Shown here: positions 11,574 through 23,236 of the stretch, piece by piece
Layout of the letters: every line of letters begins with the position of its first letter
Numbering within the stretch: the stretch's first letter is position 1
Assembly: GCA_963575745.1 (NCBI GenBank)
Contig: CAUYUJ010000164.1
Coordinates: forward strand, 62,001-117,395
Direction: 5' to 3'
DNA: 55,395 nt
Origin: Prorocentrum cordatum
Taxonomy: Eukaryota
The notes under the pieces: generated by a model
Told to the model about the DNA's origin: nothing
The model's input: only the letters and a program-made list of their open reading frames with translations
Database searches by the model: none
Translations under genes and position numbers: made by a program

Positions 11574-12260
11574 GGCCCGTGCAAACCCAGGACGCACCAA
11601 AGATGTTGCAATACACCTTCCCTCCAAGGTCCCTCTTCACAGGTCCCTGCAAGAGTGTATTTAGCTGAGGGAAGTGCCTCGTAAGAACACAACCGTATGA
11701 GAATCCCCAGCCGTGCCAACACGCAATTCCTGGACACCAGCGCCGCAAATCAGGGTGACTGTAGCGCCCAAACGATCATCAATCGAGCCAGAGCACCACC
11801 CTTGAGACTTGAGCCATACAAACCCTTACGACGAATGCGCACTTTAAATTCGAATGTACGCGGCGCTAGAGGGAGAGCCACATGTTGAAAATGAGCCGCC
11901 CTCCATCTTTGAGACTCTTGCGACTCTTAAAACGAATGCGCGCGGCGCGTAGGCGAGAGCCACATGTTGAACAAGACACGGAATGGTAGGACGAATCTGC
12001 GCGGCGCTAAGACGAAAGCCACATGTTTAAAACGACCTGCCTTCCATACTTGAACATATTGCATAACTTGTGTGACGAATGCACGCGGCGCTCAGGCGAG
12101 AGCCACATGATGAAGACGGCCCGTCCTCCATCCTTGAAGCTGCTGCACACTTTAAGACTCAGGATCGCTGGTGGCGAGGGAATCCAAGGCGGAACGCCCA
12201 GCCCTTCCCGTCCGAAGGACACGTCCGGGGGTGCGACGGGGAGGAGTTCTCTAAAAGGAG
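11574..12260 (-). mobile_element. Non-autonomous repeat module, copy 1 (unique body plus ~83-bp monomers)
   Basis: Homologous by eye to 37111-37975 and 49068-49836; GAG-rich tracts on both sides. Strand is inferred. Confidence 0.6.
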
Positions 12261-12279
12261 GGGCGAGGATGACGCGGAG

Positions 12280-12660
12280 GAGCAGGAGGAGGACTAGGAC
12301 GAGGACGCGGAAGACGAGGACGAGGTGAAGGATGCGGACGAGGACGACGGACGCCGACGAGCTGAACTGCTGAGCTGAAGATACCTAAGGGGCGACGTCG
12401 GGCGACGTCGCAGACGACGGACGACGGACGACGACGACGATAACGACGACGGACACCACGGACGCCGACGACGACGACGACGACGACGACGACGGCGGCG
12501 ACGACGGGGACGACGGCGGCGGCGACGACGCCGAGGCGACGGCCACGGCGCCGGCCACGGCGACGGCGACAACGGGGGCGTCGACGACGACGACGACGTC
12601 GACGACGACGACGACGACGACGACGACGGCGTCGGCGGCATCGACAGCCGGCGGCGGCGG
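12280..12660. repeat. (GAC)n/(GAG)n microsatellite; similar tract at ~10860-11015
   Basis: Direct reading. Confidence 0.85.
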
Positions 12661-13009
12661 CCGCGACCGAGGACGGGCTCCCGGACAGGCCGCGCGCCCT
12701 GTCGAGCGAGAGGGCGCGTGCCCGCGCCTCGCCGCCGCAGCGCCCACCGCGCCCGAGGCAGCGCCACATGGGAGCTCCGCCCACGCCGCCCGCCCTGAAG
12801 ATGTCGGCGGCGGCGCCGCCGCCGACGCCAACGTCCTCGCCCCGCCGCCTCTTCCGCCGCCCCCGTCTCCTCCGCCGCCTCCTGTCCGCTCCCCCCCCCA
12901 TCCCCACGGGGGCCTCCAGAGGCGTCAAGGAGGCCTCCAGGGAGGCCAGCTCCCTCTCCTCCGCCTCCTCCTCCGATCCCTCTTTACAGCCACCCCCTAT
13001 CAAGGCCAT

Positions 13010-13129
13010 GACCATGAACATGATCATGATGACGATCCTAATCGTCATCATCAGCAACAACATCTCCATCATCACCATCAAAAGCAGCGTCCTCGTCGTC
13101 GTCGTATTCGCCGTCGTCGTTCTCATAAC

Positions 13130-13177
<48 letters not shown>

Positions 13178-13178
13178 G

Positions 13179-13225
<47 letters not shown>

Positions 13226-13718
13226 CCAGCATCATCACCATCAGCAGCATCATCACCATCAGCAGCATCATCATCAGCATCATCATCATCAGCATCATCA
13301 TCATCCTCATCTTCATCCTCATACTCATCCTCATCTGCATCATCATCTTCATCATCATTAGCAGCAGCAACAGCAGCATCAGCAGCATCACCATCATCAT
13401 CATCAGCAGCATCAGCATTACTATCACCATCATCAGCATCGTCAGCAGAATCGTCATCATCGCCATAATCAGCATCACCAGTGTCACCACTACCATTAGC
13501 ACCCTCATCATCCTCATCCTCATCAGCATCATCACCATCACCATCATCATCACCATCATCATCATCACATTCATCATCACCACCACCCTCCTCCTCCTCC
13601 TCCTCCTCATCATCATCATCATCATCAGTAGCATCATTCTTATCATCACCAGCAGCAACAGCATCATCAGCATCATTATCATCATCGGCATCATCATCAT
13701 CACCATCACCATCACCAT

Positions 13719-13759
<41 letters not shown>

Positions 13760-13841
13760 TCGTCATCGTCATCATCATCATCAGCATCATCACTATCATC
13801 CTCCTCATCATCATCTTCATCTTCATCTTCATCTTCATCTG

Positions 13842-13894
<53 letters not shown>

Positions 13895-13903
13895 CCATCA
13901 CCA
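13010..13903. repeat. (CAT)n microsatellite array
   Basis: Direct reading; produces spurious poly-H/S/D/M ORFs. Confidence 0.95.
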
Positions 13904-13925
13904 TCCGTAGCCATTATGGCTCAAG
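13904..13925 (+). other. Genomic dinoflagellate spliced-leader (DinoSL) relic
   Basis: TCCGTAGCCATTATGGCTCAAG versus DinoSL DCCGTAGCCATTTTGGCTCAAG: 21/22 identical. Confidence 0.92.
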
Positions 13926-15346
13926 ACTGGCGCGAACCCCCCCTGGCGGGCGTTGCGAGCATGGTGGCTGCGGGAGGCCCTCGGGCGCCCCCTGGGGCGG
14001 CGCCTGGAGCAGGGCGACTGGGTGGGCGGGCCTGGGCCCGACGCTCGGCGGCCACGCTGGCACGCAGGCTGCGCAGGGAGCGTGTCCAGGCACGGGACGG
14101 GGCGGCTGCAGCCACTGCAGCTGGGGCGGAGCTGTCTCCCCCGCAGGCCCTGGCGGCGGCCCTGGAGGATCGCCTCGTGTGGCTCGGCAATGCGCTGCTG
14201 CTGCACCACAGGGCTGACGTCGCACTTGGCTGCCGTATGCATCGCCTGGTCGATGCTCTGCGCGCGGTGGCCAAGACGATGAACGTAGAGATGGACTTCG
14301 TGCACTGGGGCATGGAGATCAAGGGCGACGGCGACAAGGCGAGGCACGAGCCGCTCGTCGCTGCGGACATCAAGGTGGAGGTCTGCGTCGCGGAGCCCGC
14401 GCTGGAGCTCAGCGGCCAGGGGCGCTGGCTGGGAGTGCGGCAAGCGCCTGGGCCGCGCCGCGAAGCGGCGCCCTTTCACCCGCCTTCGTCCTGGACGCCG
14501 CTGCGGTCAGGCGCCCAGCCTTACGTGCCGGGGTGGGCGCGGGCAGAGGTGCTGCTGACCGAGCTGGGCTTCTCGAGCCAGGAGGCCGAGACGACTGCGC
14601 ACGCCGACGATCGCGCGAACGGGGTCGTCAAGGATGTGCTCGCCGACGACGCCAAGCTGAACGTGCTGGAGGCCCACGTGTCGGGGGACTGCGCGGGGGG
14701 CGAGCAGCAGGAGCCCGAGGCCCTCGGGTTTGAGCTGGACGACGTGGAGGAGCACGTCGACAAGAAGTTGCAGAGCGAGGTGATGCTGGACGCCCGCATG
14801 GTGCGCCACATCCTGGAGGTGGAGGCTCAGCTGCGCAGCTGAGAGGCGCTTTACAAGGTATTCGAGACGGGCCTGCTCGTGCGGGTCCGCGGCATGCTGG
14901 ACAGGCTCGGGTTCGAGCCACACGGCAAGCCTGCTGAGGGCGGCGCCCCGCCTGCGCGGAAATTGGCCGTGTCCCCGCCCGACTCGCCCATCCCGCGCGC
15001 GGGCGCGGGCGTCGCGGCCGCGGAAGCTGCGAGGTCATGCGACGGAGTGCGGGACGGGGACGCGTTGGAGCCTGACGTCCCCAGCCACAGCCTGCCTGCG
15101 AACTGCGACGGGGTGGTGGAGCGGCCGCCGTTCGCTGTGGAGGGCGAGGACGACGTGCCCCCGCCCCTGGGAAGACGAGCTCTTCTTCAACTACGACGAC
15201 TTGGAGGCGATGGTTGCCACAGCGAGAAGGCCGGTGGGCAGTGTGAGACGGCTGTGGGCCATCGCGTCGGGGCGGGTCGAGGACTCGCTATGCTGATGCA
15301 GTTTTGGGTGTGTCTGCGCGGAAATCCTGGGGAGGGGGCCCAATGA
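13916..15346 (+). pseudogene. SL-headed intronless retrocopy; one reading frame with an internal TGA at 14840-14842; product unknown
   Basis: Track ORFs 13481..14842 and 14879..15346 share a frame; unique sequence 13904-15415 is bounded by (CAT)n on both sides. Confidence 0.6.
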
Positions 15347-15414
15347 CCCAGTGGGTGAGTGAGAAGTTGCGGTGGGCACGAGCGGTTCGGCTCCGACTGC
15401 CCTTGGAGAGCGGG

Positions 15415-15415
<1 letters not shown>

Positions 15416-15490
<75 letters not shown>

Positions 15491-15943
15491 GCATCATCAT
15501 CATCATCATCACCACCATCATCACCATCATCATCATCACCACAATCATCACCATCATCACCATCATCATCACCATCATCACCATCACCATCATCATCATC
15601 ATCATCATCCTCATCAGCATTATCATCATCATCATCATCATTAGCATCATTAGCATCATCAGCATCATCAGCATCATCATCATCATCGTCACCATCATCA
15701 TCGTCATCGTCATCGGCATCATCACCGTCATGATGACAGTCGTCATCATCGTCGCCACCGGCATCATCAGCATCACCACACCGTAAGCATCAACAACATA
15801 AACATAATCAACAACATCGTCATCATCATGATCACCATAATCAACACACCACCACCATCCTCATGTTCCTCCTCCTCCCACTCCTCCTCCTCCTCCTCCT
15901 CCTCCGCCTCATCATCATCATCATATCATCATCATCATCATCA

Positions 15944-15976
<33 letters not shown>

Positions 15977-16016
15977 TCATCATCACTGCCATCACCACCA
16001 CCACCAGCATTAACAG

Positions 16017-16095
<79 letters not shown>

Positions 16096-16145
16096 CCATC
16101 ATCAGCAGCAGCAGCAGCATCAGCATCAGCATCAGCACCAGCATC
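15416..16145. repeat. (CAT)n array with (CCT)n, (CGT)n and (CAG)n patches
   Basis: Direct reading. Confidence 0.95.
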
Positions 16146-16149
16146 ACCG

Positions 16150-16993
16150 CTACCTCCGCAGCAGGGCGGTGGGGTGGCGTGCTCCGGGGCCAATCGTGGC
16201 CACCACGTCATGTCGAGCTTCGTCGGGAGGACCGCCATCGAGAAGAGGCCAGTGGCCATTATGTTCCTTGACCTCACGAAGGCTTTCGACAAGCTTGTGC
16301 GCGAAATGGCCTTCCACCTTGAAGCTGGCTCCACCACGGAGGCGGACCTGACCGCGCAGCTCAAGCAAGTAGGGGTTGACGACACGGCAGCCTCGCATCC
16401 GGCCAAAATACCTCATGCACCACGGTGGCATCTTGCAGCACATCGAAGTCCCCGAGCACCTCATCAGCTTGGTGGCCAACCTGCATAAGGACACCTGGCT
16501 CGCACTCTCTCCAGAGGGCAGGGTCATCCGAACAACGAGGGGATCACGCCAAGGCTGCCGCTTCGGCGCCTTGACCTTCAATATTGTGTACAGCGTAGCC
16601 CTGGGAGAGCTTCGAGTAGCGCTTGACGAGCTCAAACTCATATTCGCTGCGGAGTGCGAGCCCAGCGGCCCGCCATGGGCCAACCAGCAAGGCGCCTTCC
16701 CCACCCAGACCGTGCCAGTTGGAGAGGTCACGTACGTCGACGATGACGCCATATTGATTCAGGGCGAGGACAACGCGAGCCTCAACCGCAATGTCGCCAT
16801 GGTAGCCGAAGCGGCGCACCCCACCATGGAGAGTCACGGCATCCAGCTGAACCTGAAGCCTGGGAAATCAGAGGCCCTCATCATGTGGATGGGCAAGGGC
16901 GCCCGGGCCGCTAAGGCTGAGGCGATAATCGGCGAGCGCCCTGCCTTGGCCCTACCTGGAGTCCCAGGTATCGGGTGTCTCCTGGTATGCTAG
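16150..16993 (+). pseudogene. Non-LTR retrotransposon reverse transcriptase fragment, frameshifted near 16380-16400
   Basis: FLDLTKAFDKL in one frame; RGSRQGCRFGALTFN, YVDD and LNLKPGKSE in the next. Confidence 0.88.
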
Positions 16994-17339
16994 AACCTTC
17001 GCGCGCGCTTCGCGCGCGCTTCGCGCGCGCTCAGGTTCTGGTCGTGGGCGCGGCCTGGGCACTGAGGGGGGGATTCTTGCCACGAAGGCGGCGGAGTCTT
17101 CTCCCACCGGAAAGCGCGCTTCCGGAACATGGGGGGGAGCCCTCTGATCATTCTCATGCGCTCCTGCGCCCTATCCGCTCGCACCCTCGGCCCTGGACCC
17201 CTGCCTTCTGTACCTTGCGCGATCGTCGTCGTCGACGTCGGCGGTGCATGATCCCTTTCTCGTGTTCCGGAAAGCCTTATCCGGAACATGGGTGCGAAGA
17301 AAGGCCTCGCGCGGGTGGGGAAGGGCCTCCTCGGCTTGT

Positions 17340-17920
17340 GTTGGCCTGAAGGCTCTGTGGGGGCTCTTGGGGGTCTCTTGGGAGTCTCTGGAGGCCTGTA
17401 TTTGTCGTCTCTTGGAGTTTTTTGGAGGCCTCTTGGGGTCTCTTCGGATCTCCTTGGGGACTGTTGAGGGCCTCTGGGGACCTCTTCGGGCCCTCTTGGA
17501 GCCTCCTGGGGCCCTCTCGGGGCGGAGAACTGGATTTTTGAATGTTTCGTTGTCATCTAGGGCCCCTCTCGGGGCCGCCTTGGAGTCCTCTTGGGCTGTC
17601 TTGGGTGCCTCTTGGGCCGTCCGGGGAGCGTCTTTAGGGCCTCTTGGGCCGTCTTGGGGTGTCCTGGCGGGCCTCTTGGGCCGTCTTGGAGCGTCGGGAC
17701 GGCGAAAGGGCGAGAAGGCCAAAAACAAAGAAAAGCACGATGGACAATGATCAATGTTCCCTCCTCGGGATCCTCTGCGGAGACCTCTTGGGGACTCCTT
17801 GGAGCGTCTTGGCGGCCGCTTGGGCCGTCTTGGGCTCATCTTGGTCGTTGCGGGGGCCTCTGGGGATGTCTTGGGGGCCTGTGGGGACACTCTGGACTCG
17901 TCCTGGGGCTCTCCCCTAGA
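17340..17920. repeat. Degenerate TCTTGGGGCC/GGCCCCAAGA low-complexity repeat; opposite orientation at 18440-18610, 20520-21235, 23050-23180, 27510-27850
   Basis: Short ~10-11 bp motif variants in tandem. Confidence 0.8.
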
Positions 17921-17931
17921 AGACAAGACAT

Positions 17932-18200
17932 CGTAACCAAATCACGCGCCCAAAGTATTGTAATTTACGATGGTTTGTTGCGTGCACGTGCGTAACCAAA
18001 TCGGCCTCTTGTTGAGCCAAGTTCGTATGAGAGGGGTGCATTATTTTGATTTGGTTGCGCGCAATTTGATTACGAAATGTGATTTGGTTATGTTTTGGTT
18101 CTGAAACTATCAAATTTGGTTACGATTCGGTTACGCTGTATCAAATTTGGTCACGATTTGGTTACGTTTCCATATGGTTAAGATTTGGTTACGATTTGGC
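17932..18200. repeat. ATTTGGTTACG / CGTAACCAAAT repeat cluster; also 20222-20300 and 22590-22757
   Basis: Motif present in both orientations. Confidence 0.75.
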
Positions 18201-18889
18201 TAAACGGGGTCCGTCGTGGAAACGGATGATGTGCCCAAGCGCTGACTGGGAGGGTTTCTGTCGTCTTCTAAAGGACCCCCTCCGCGGGACGCGGACAGGC
18301 GACTGCACCACCCCCCTGCAAGGACCTTGCAAAGACCCTGCAAAGCCCCCCTGCAAAGACCCTGCAAAAACCGTAAAAAAACCGTGCAAAGCACCTGCAA
18401 TACCCTGCAAAGCCCCCTGCAAAGACCCTGCAATACCCCAGGAGGCCCCAAGAGGCCTCCAGAAAGCCCCAAGAGACCCCAAGAGGCCCCCTCCGAGAGG
18501 CAAAAATGAAGCCCGTGAAGAGGCCCCCAGACGGCCCCAAAGAGGCCTGCAAACTGCATCCAACAGGGCCCCGAGAAGCCCCCCACGATATCACAGGGAA
18601 CATCCAAGAGGCCTATAACCTACAACCCAGGCGCGGTGGCGGGACTTGCCGTAGGCAGCTGGATAGTTAGTGTTGCGAGGAGCCACGCCTGATGCAGCTG
18701 CATGTGACGTGGAGGCGATGCGAGCCGCAGGGCAGTCAGGATCGGGAGCTACCGACGAGGTGGGCAGGAGGGCACCGAACTCCCTGTGGGGCAAAGTACT
18801 TGTGAGGAAAGTGCTGAAATCGACGGGGGGCACATGTGGTCACGCCCGACAAGGCAAGAAGTGGAGCTTCCTGAGGAAACGATCCACGT

Positions 18890-19740
18890 AAGGGGTGTGC
18901 TGAAATGGGGGCGGCAGCGCCGTGCGAGCACCTCCATTCAAGCCATTGGTGGAATTCCCTGAGGGGCACGCTCCGCGTGAAGGGTGTGCCGACATGGGCA
19001 GGGACGCAATGCCAGCACAACCAGTGGGCAAGGTGAGGGTTTCCATGTGGCACGCCTCGCGTGAGGGTTGTGCTGCAATTGGCGGGGAAAGCGTATGCGC
19101 GGAATATATCCCAGTGGAACGCCCAAGCCCTACGGGGCAGATTTGGTAGCGGCGGCGCCATGCGGACGCACTGGTTAGGGCCATAGGCTATAGGTGGAGA
19201 CCCACGAGGGGCACGAGCCTCATGGAAAATGTGCCGACACGGGGACGGCGGTGCCATCCGGACACCCGCTGAGGCCATAGCTGGAGTTCCCTATGAGGCA
19301 CGATCCTATGAAGAGCATGCTGAAATAGGGAACGGACGCACCTGTTGGTGCCACGGGTAGAATTCCCTATGAGGCGCAATCTCGAGAGGGGTTTGCCGAC
19401 ACGGGGACGGCTCCATGCGGACGCACCCGCTGGAGGCATAGGTCGAGCTCCAAACTGTCCGTGGTCATTGTGAGGTGTAAGCTGAAATGGGGACGACGGC
19501 ACCATGCGGAAGCACCCAGCAGGGCCACAGGCGGAGCTTCTTATGGGGCGCGACTCTTGCAAAGGATGTGCCAGCACGGGGACGGCGGCGCCTTGTGGAC
19601 GCACCTGCTTGGGCCATGAGTGGAGCCCCCTATGGGGCGTGATCCTCGTAACAGGTATCTCGAGTGACGACGGCGCCATGCGGACGCACCCACTGGGGAC
19701 ATGGGTCCAACTTGCACGATCCTCGTGAGGGATGCGCCGC
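18890..19740 (+). repeat. Diverged tandem repeat of ~80-95 bp (GGGGACGGCGGCGCCATGCGGACGCACC core)
   Basis: Core near 19158, 19255, 19413, 19502, 19592, 19676. Confidence 0.75.
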
Positions 19741-21479
19741 ACTGGGCGGCGTGACGCGTGTGAGGAGGAAGAAAGAGGATGATGATGAGGAGGAGGAGGA
19801 GATGAGGATAATGAGAAAGCTCAATGAAAAGGAGGAGGAGGGCGAGGAGGCGGAGGAGGAACGGGGAAAATAAGGGAGGATGAGGAAGAGGAGGAGGGGG
19901 AGGAGGAGGAGGAGGAGGAGGAGGAGGAGGAGGAGGTGGAGGAGGAGGAGGAGGAAACATGCGAGATACTGAATGAGTGAGACGCGCGGCGGTGCGGACA
20001 CAGAACGATAATTCAAAACAAAATAAGTTTGGGAAACAACTTCCGTTACGGCCCTTGCTCCTTCAAGTCGTAATGCAACGGCCGTTTTGCGTGAGAGCTG
20101 TGCTGCTGCCGTTCGCTTGCTCGAGACATCACCGCCTGCTCAGTTCCTTCGAAGATTTGGCCGCATGGCTTCTAGCTCTTCTTTGTGGAGGCGGAAACAG
20201 ATTCCAGGTTGAGGCATGCATGATTTGATTATGGTTTGGTTACGATTTGGTTATGATTTGGTTACGATGTATGCAATGTTGTTATGATTTGGTTACGAAA
20301 ATTGGAACTCTCCCAGTGCGACCCTACCTAGGAGTTGGAGCCTCTAGGAAAGCAACATGCATGGAACATACGTGCGCACACACATATAAGTACAAATCCG
20401 CCGACCCCCTGGGTCATCGGCGTGTGAGATGCTTCCCTCTCCCCAAACCCCTCCCCCGGGAACCCGGTCCGGTCGATTTGGAGGGGGGGGGGGTGCCCAC
20501 GACGAGCGACTCGCGACGCTCTTCCGGGCCCAAAAAGGCCCAAATACGGGCCAAGAAGGCCCCAAGAGGCCTCCCAGACGTTCCACGAGGCCCCCAGACG
20601 CCCCAAGAGACCGCCTAGACGCCCTAAGAAGCGCCCAAGAAGCCCCAGGAGGCTTCCAAGACGCCCCACGAGGGCTCCAAGACGCCCGAAGAGACCTCCA
20701 AGACGCCCCAAGAGACCTCCAAGAGGCCCCCGAGGAGCGCCCCAAGAGGCCAAAATCGTTGATTTTCATTTGTTTTTTTTCGATGTTTTCGTCATTTTCG
20801 CCTTTTCGGCCTTCCGACGCTCCAAGACAGCCCAAGAAGCTCCCAAGACTGCTCCAAAACGGCACAAGAGGCCTCCACGACGCCCCCAAGACGGCCCAAG
20901 AGAGCCCCCAGACGGCCCAAGAGCCGCCCAAGGCGGCCCAAGAGAGCCCCCAGACGGCCCAAGAGCCGCCCAAGACGGCCCAAAAATCTCCCGGAGACGG
21001 GCCCAAGAGGGGCTCCAGAGAGAGACCACGCACCGGAAGACCCAGCCTTACGCCCCAAGAGGCCCCCAAAAGGCCCCCAGAGGCCCCAAAGAGGCCCCAA
21101 GAACCCCCCAAGAGGCCCCCAAGACGTTCCAAGACGCGCCCAAGAAGCCACAAAGAGGTCCCAAAACGGCCCCCAAGAGCCTTCGAAACTGCTCCAAGAG
21201 GCCCGCAAGAACCCCCCCCGCAAGATCCCAACGGACATCCCTGAACACACCGGTTTTTCGAGTCGCGCCCAGCCCCATAACCCGGAGCCTCATCTCAGCG
21301 TCCCCGTCCTCCTCCTCTTCCTCCTCCTCCTCCTACACTTCCTCCTCGTTCCCCTCCTCCTCTTCCTGCCCCGCTTCAGCTCATCCTCACCGATGCTTCT
21401 CCCCCCCATGTTCCGCCTCACCCCCCATCCTCCTCTTCCCGTCCTCCCTTTCTGCCCAGTGCGCGCAACCGATTGGGCA

Positions 21480-21975
21480 TCAGTTGCACGTCTTGCACTT
21501 TAGGGTGCCCTTCTTTGCGTCGCGCGGGACATTGTGAGGGTCGGGGAACGCCGACTTTGGTAGTCCTCTCTTGCACGCGCCGCTGCACTGATAAGCCTGG
21601 CAACTGCGCGCTGTGAACCCGAGTTCCTCGCAGCTTCTGCACACCACTTTAGCTCCTTTCGCCGCTCGATGATGTTCCACTTGCTTCTGCTTCAAATGTT
21701 TCGTGTCCGAGAACGCGCCTTTGCACGCCGCGCACGTCAGCGGCTTCGCGTCCGCCTCTGCTTTCCGCTTGCGATTATCTGCATCCGCCGTCTCGTTCCG
21801 CCCACCCTTCTCGTTGCGGGCGCACGCCCTGCAAAGCCTCTCTCCCGCATCTTTCGAGTCGTACTGGTTCGCCGCCACTTCCGCCTCCGTCTTCAAGAAA
21901 TTCTTGCACTTCGCGCACCGAATCTGGAATTTCTCCTGAATCTGAGAGGCCTCTGAACCACAACTCAGGCACGGT
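21480..21975 (-). CDS. Cys-rich fragment with tandem CxxC...CxxC zinc-binding units (exon or TE fragment)
   Basis: CLSC, CAKC..CRAC, CAAC..CRSC, CSGAC..CKTC in one open frame with protein-like composition. Confidence 0.55.
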
Positions 21976-22139
21976 GGCGGGATGGGCCGACTACTGGGAG
22001 GAGGAGCAAAGACGACGACGATAGGAATGCGGGGGATAAAGTCGGGCCATGACGCCCCCAAGACGTCCAAGATTGCCTCAAAAAAATACAAGGGGTCCGC
22101 GGTGTGGCGCAAGCCTGAAGAATCTATAGCAGCAATAGT

Positions 22140-22425
22140 GGATGCTGTGCTGCGCTATGCTATGCTATGTTCTGCTCTGCTCTGCTCTGCAGTGTTATGC
22201 TATGCTATGCTATGCTATGCTATGCTATGCTATGCTATGCTATGCTATGCTATGCTATGCTATGCTGCGCAAATGCTATGCTGGGCTAGGCTAGGTTAGG
22301 CTATGCTATGCTATGCTATGCTGCGCTATGATATGCTGCGCTATGCTATGCTATGATATGCTATGCTATGCTATGCTATGTGTTTGCTTTGCCTTTGCTT
22401 TTGCCTTCACGTTTGCCTTTGCTTG
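22140..22425. repeat. (CTATG)n pentanucleotide microsatellite followed by (TTTGCC)n-like tract
   Basis: Direct reading. Confidence 0.95.
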
Positions 22426-23236
22426 GCACCCAGGGAGCGCAACTGGGAGAACCGCGCGTTTGCTTTTACCTTTGCTGTTGATTTTGCTTGGCCCCCAGGG
22501 GACTGGGGGAACCGCCCGGAGCGGTTTATACTGCCCGGCCCCTTTAAGCCAACAGAGTAAGAACCCTTCTAGGCAGAGCCTAGGTAGGGAAATATGGTTA
22601 CGATTTGGTTATGCGAACATCTTCCCGGGAAGATTTTGGTTACGGGGATGTTGAATGCATTTTGATGGTTCAAGTGTGAGGGGTCGATCGTAACCAAATT
22701 CTTCGCGTTTTGGTTACGCGCAACAGTTCCGAGCGTAACCATATGATTTGGTTACGTACACTAGGGTCTAGACAGGTTCACGGGACGGCCGGGACTCTCC
22801 GGGGGACCTGACGCCACCATGGCGACCGGGGGCAGCTGGGCGAAGGCCCTTCGCCCCCGGTACCCCGATATTCCTCTTCCTATATTTTTACACGCCCAGG
22901 CGGGGGGACCCCTCCCCCCAAAACCGGACTCCCGGGATCTGGGGCTTTGGGGCCCTCTGGACGGGCCTCGAAGCGGCCCCCCAGGCCTCGCAGGGCGTTT
23001 TGCCAAGCCTTCCCAGCACACCTAAGGCGATCAGGGGGGTCATCGGAGAAGTCCCAGAGACCCCCAAGACAGCACAAGAGCGCTCCAAGAGTGACCGACG
23101 TGACCTCAAGATGGCCCAAGAGGCCTCCAGGACGGCCCCAAAGAGGCCTCCAAGAGCACTCCCAAGAATGCGCCAAGAGGCAACAATCATTTATTTTCTT
23201 CTTCCCCAAACAGCTTGCTGAACGGGGTGCTGTTGT

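Noticed and set aside
11808..11817. TGGCTCAAG on the minus strand as a further SL relic (similar short hits near 58 and 18012)
   Set aside because: Only 8-9 nt match and not at an evident element boundary.
13904..13960. SL RNA gene
   Set aside because: The leader is followed by ACTGGCG and an ORF, not by a GT/GC splice donor and SL intron; it is a relic on a retrocopy.
12251..16406. Poly-His/Asp/Met/Ser/Ile ORFs; likewise poly-Pro/Glu/Arg ORFs at 29-30, 36, 44-45 and 48.7-49 kb
   Set aside because: Translations of triplet microsatellites, open in several frames at once.
18591..18833. AAYGKSRHRAWVVG resembling C5 methyltransferase motif VIII
   Set aside because: No PC or ENV motifs upstream in frame; the match is too short to support.
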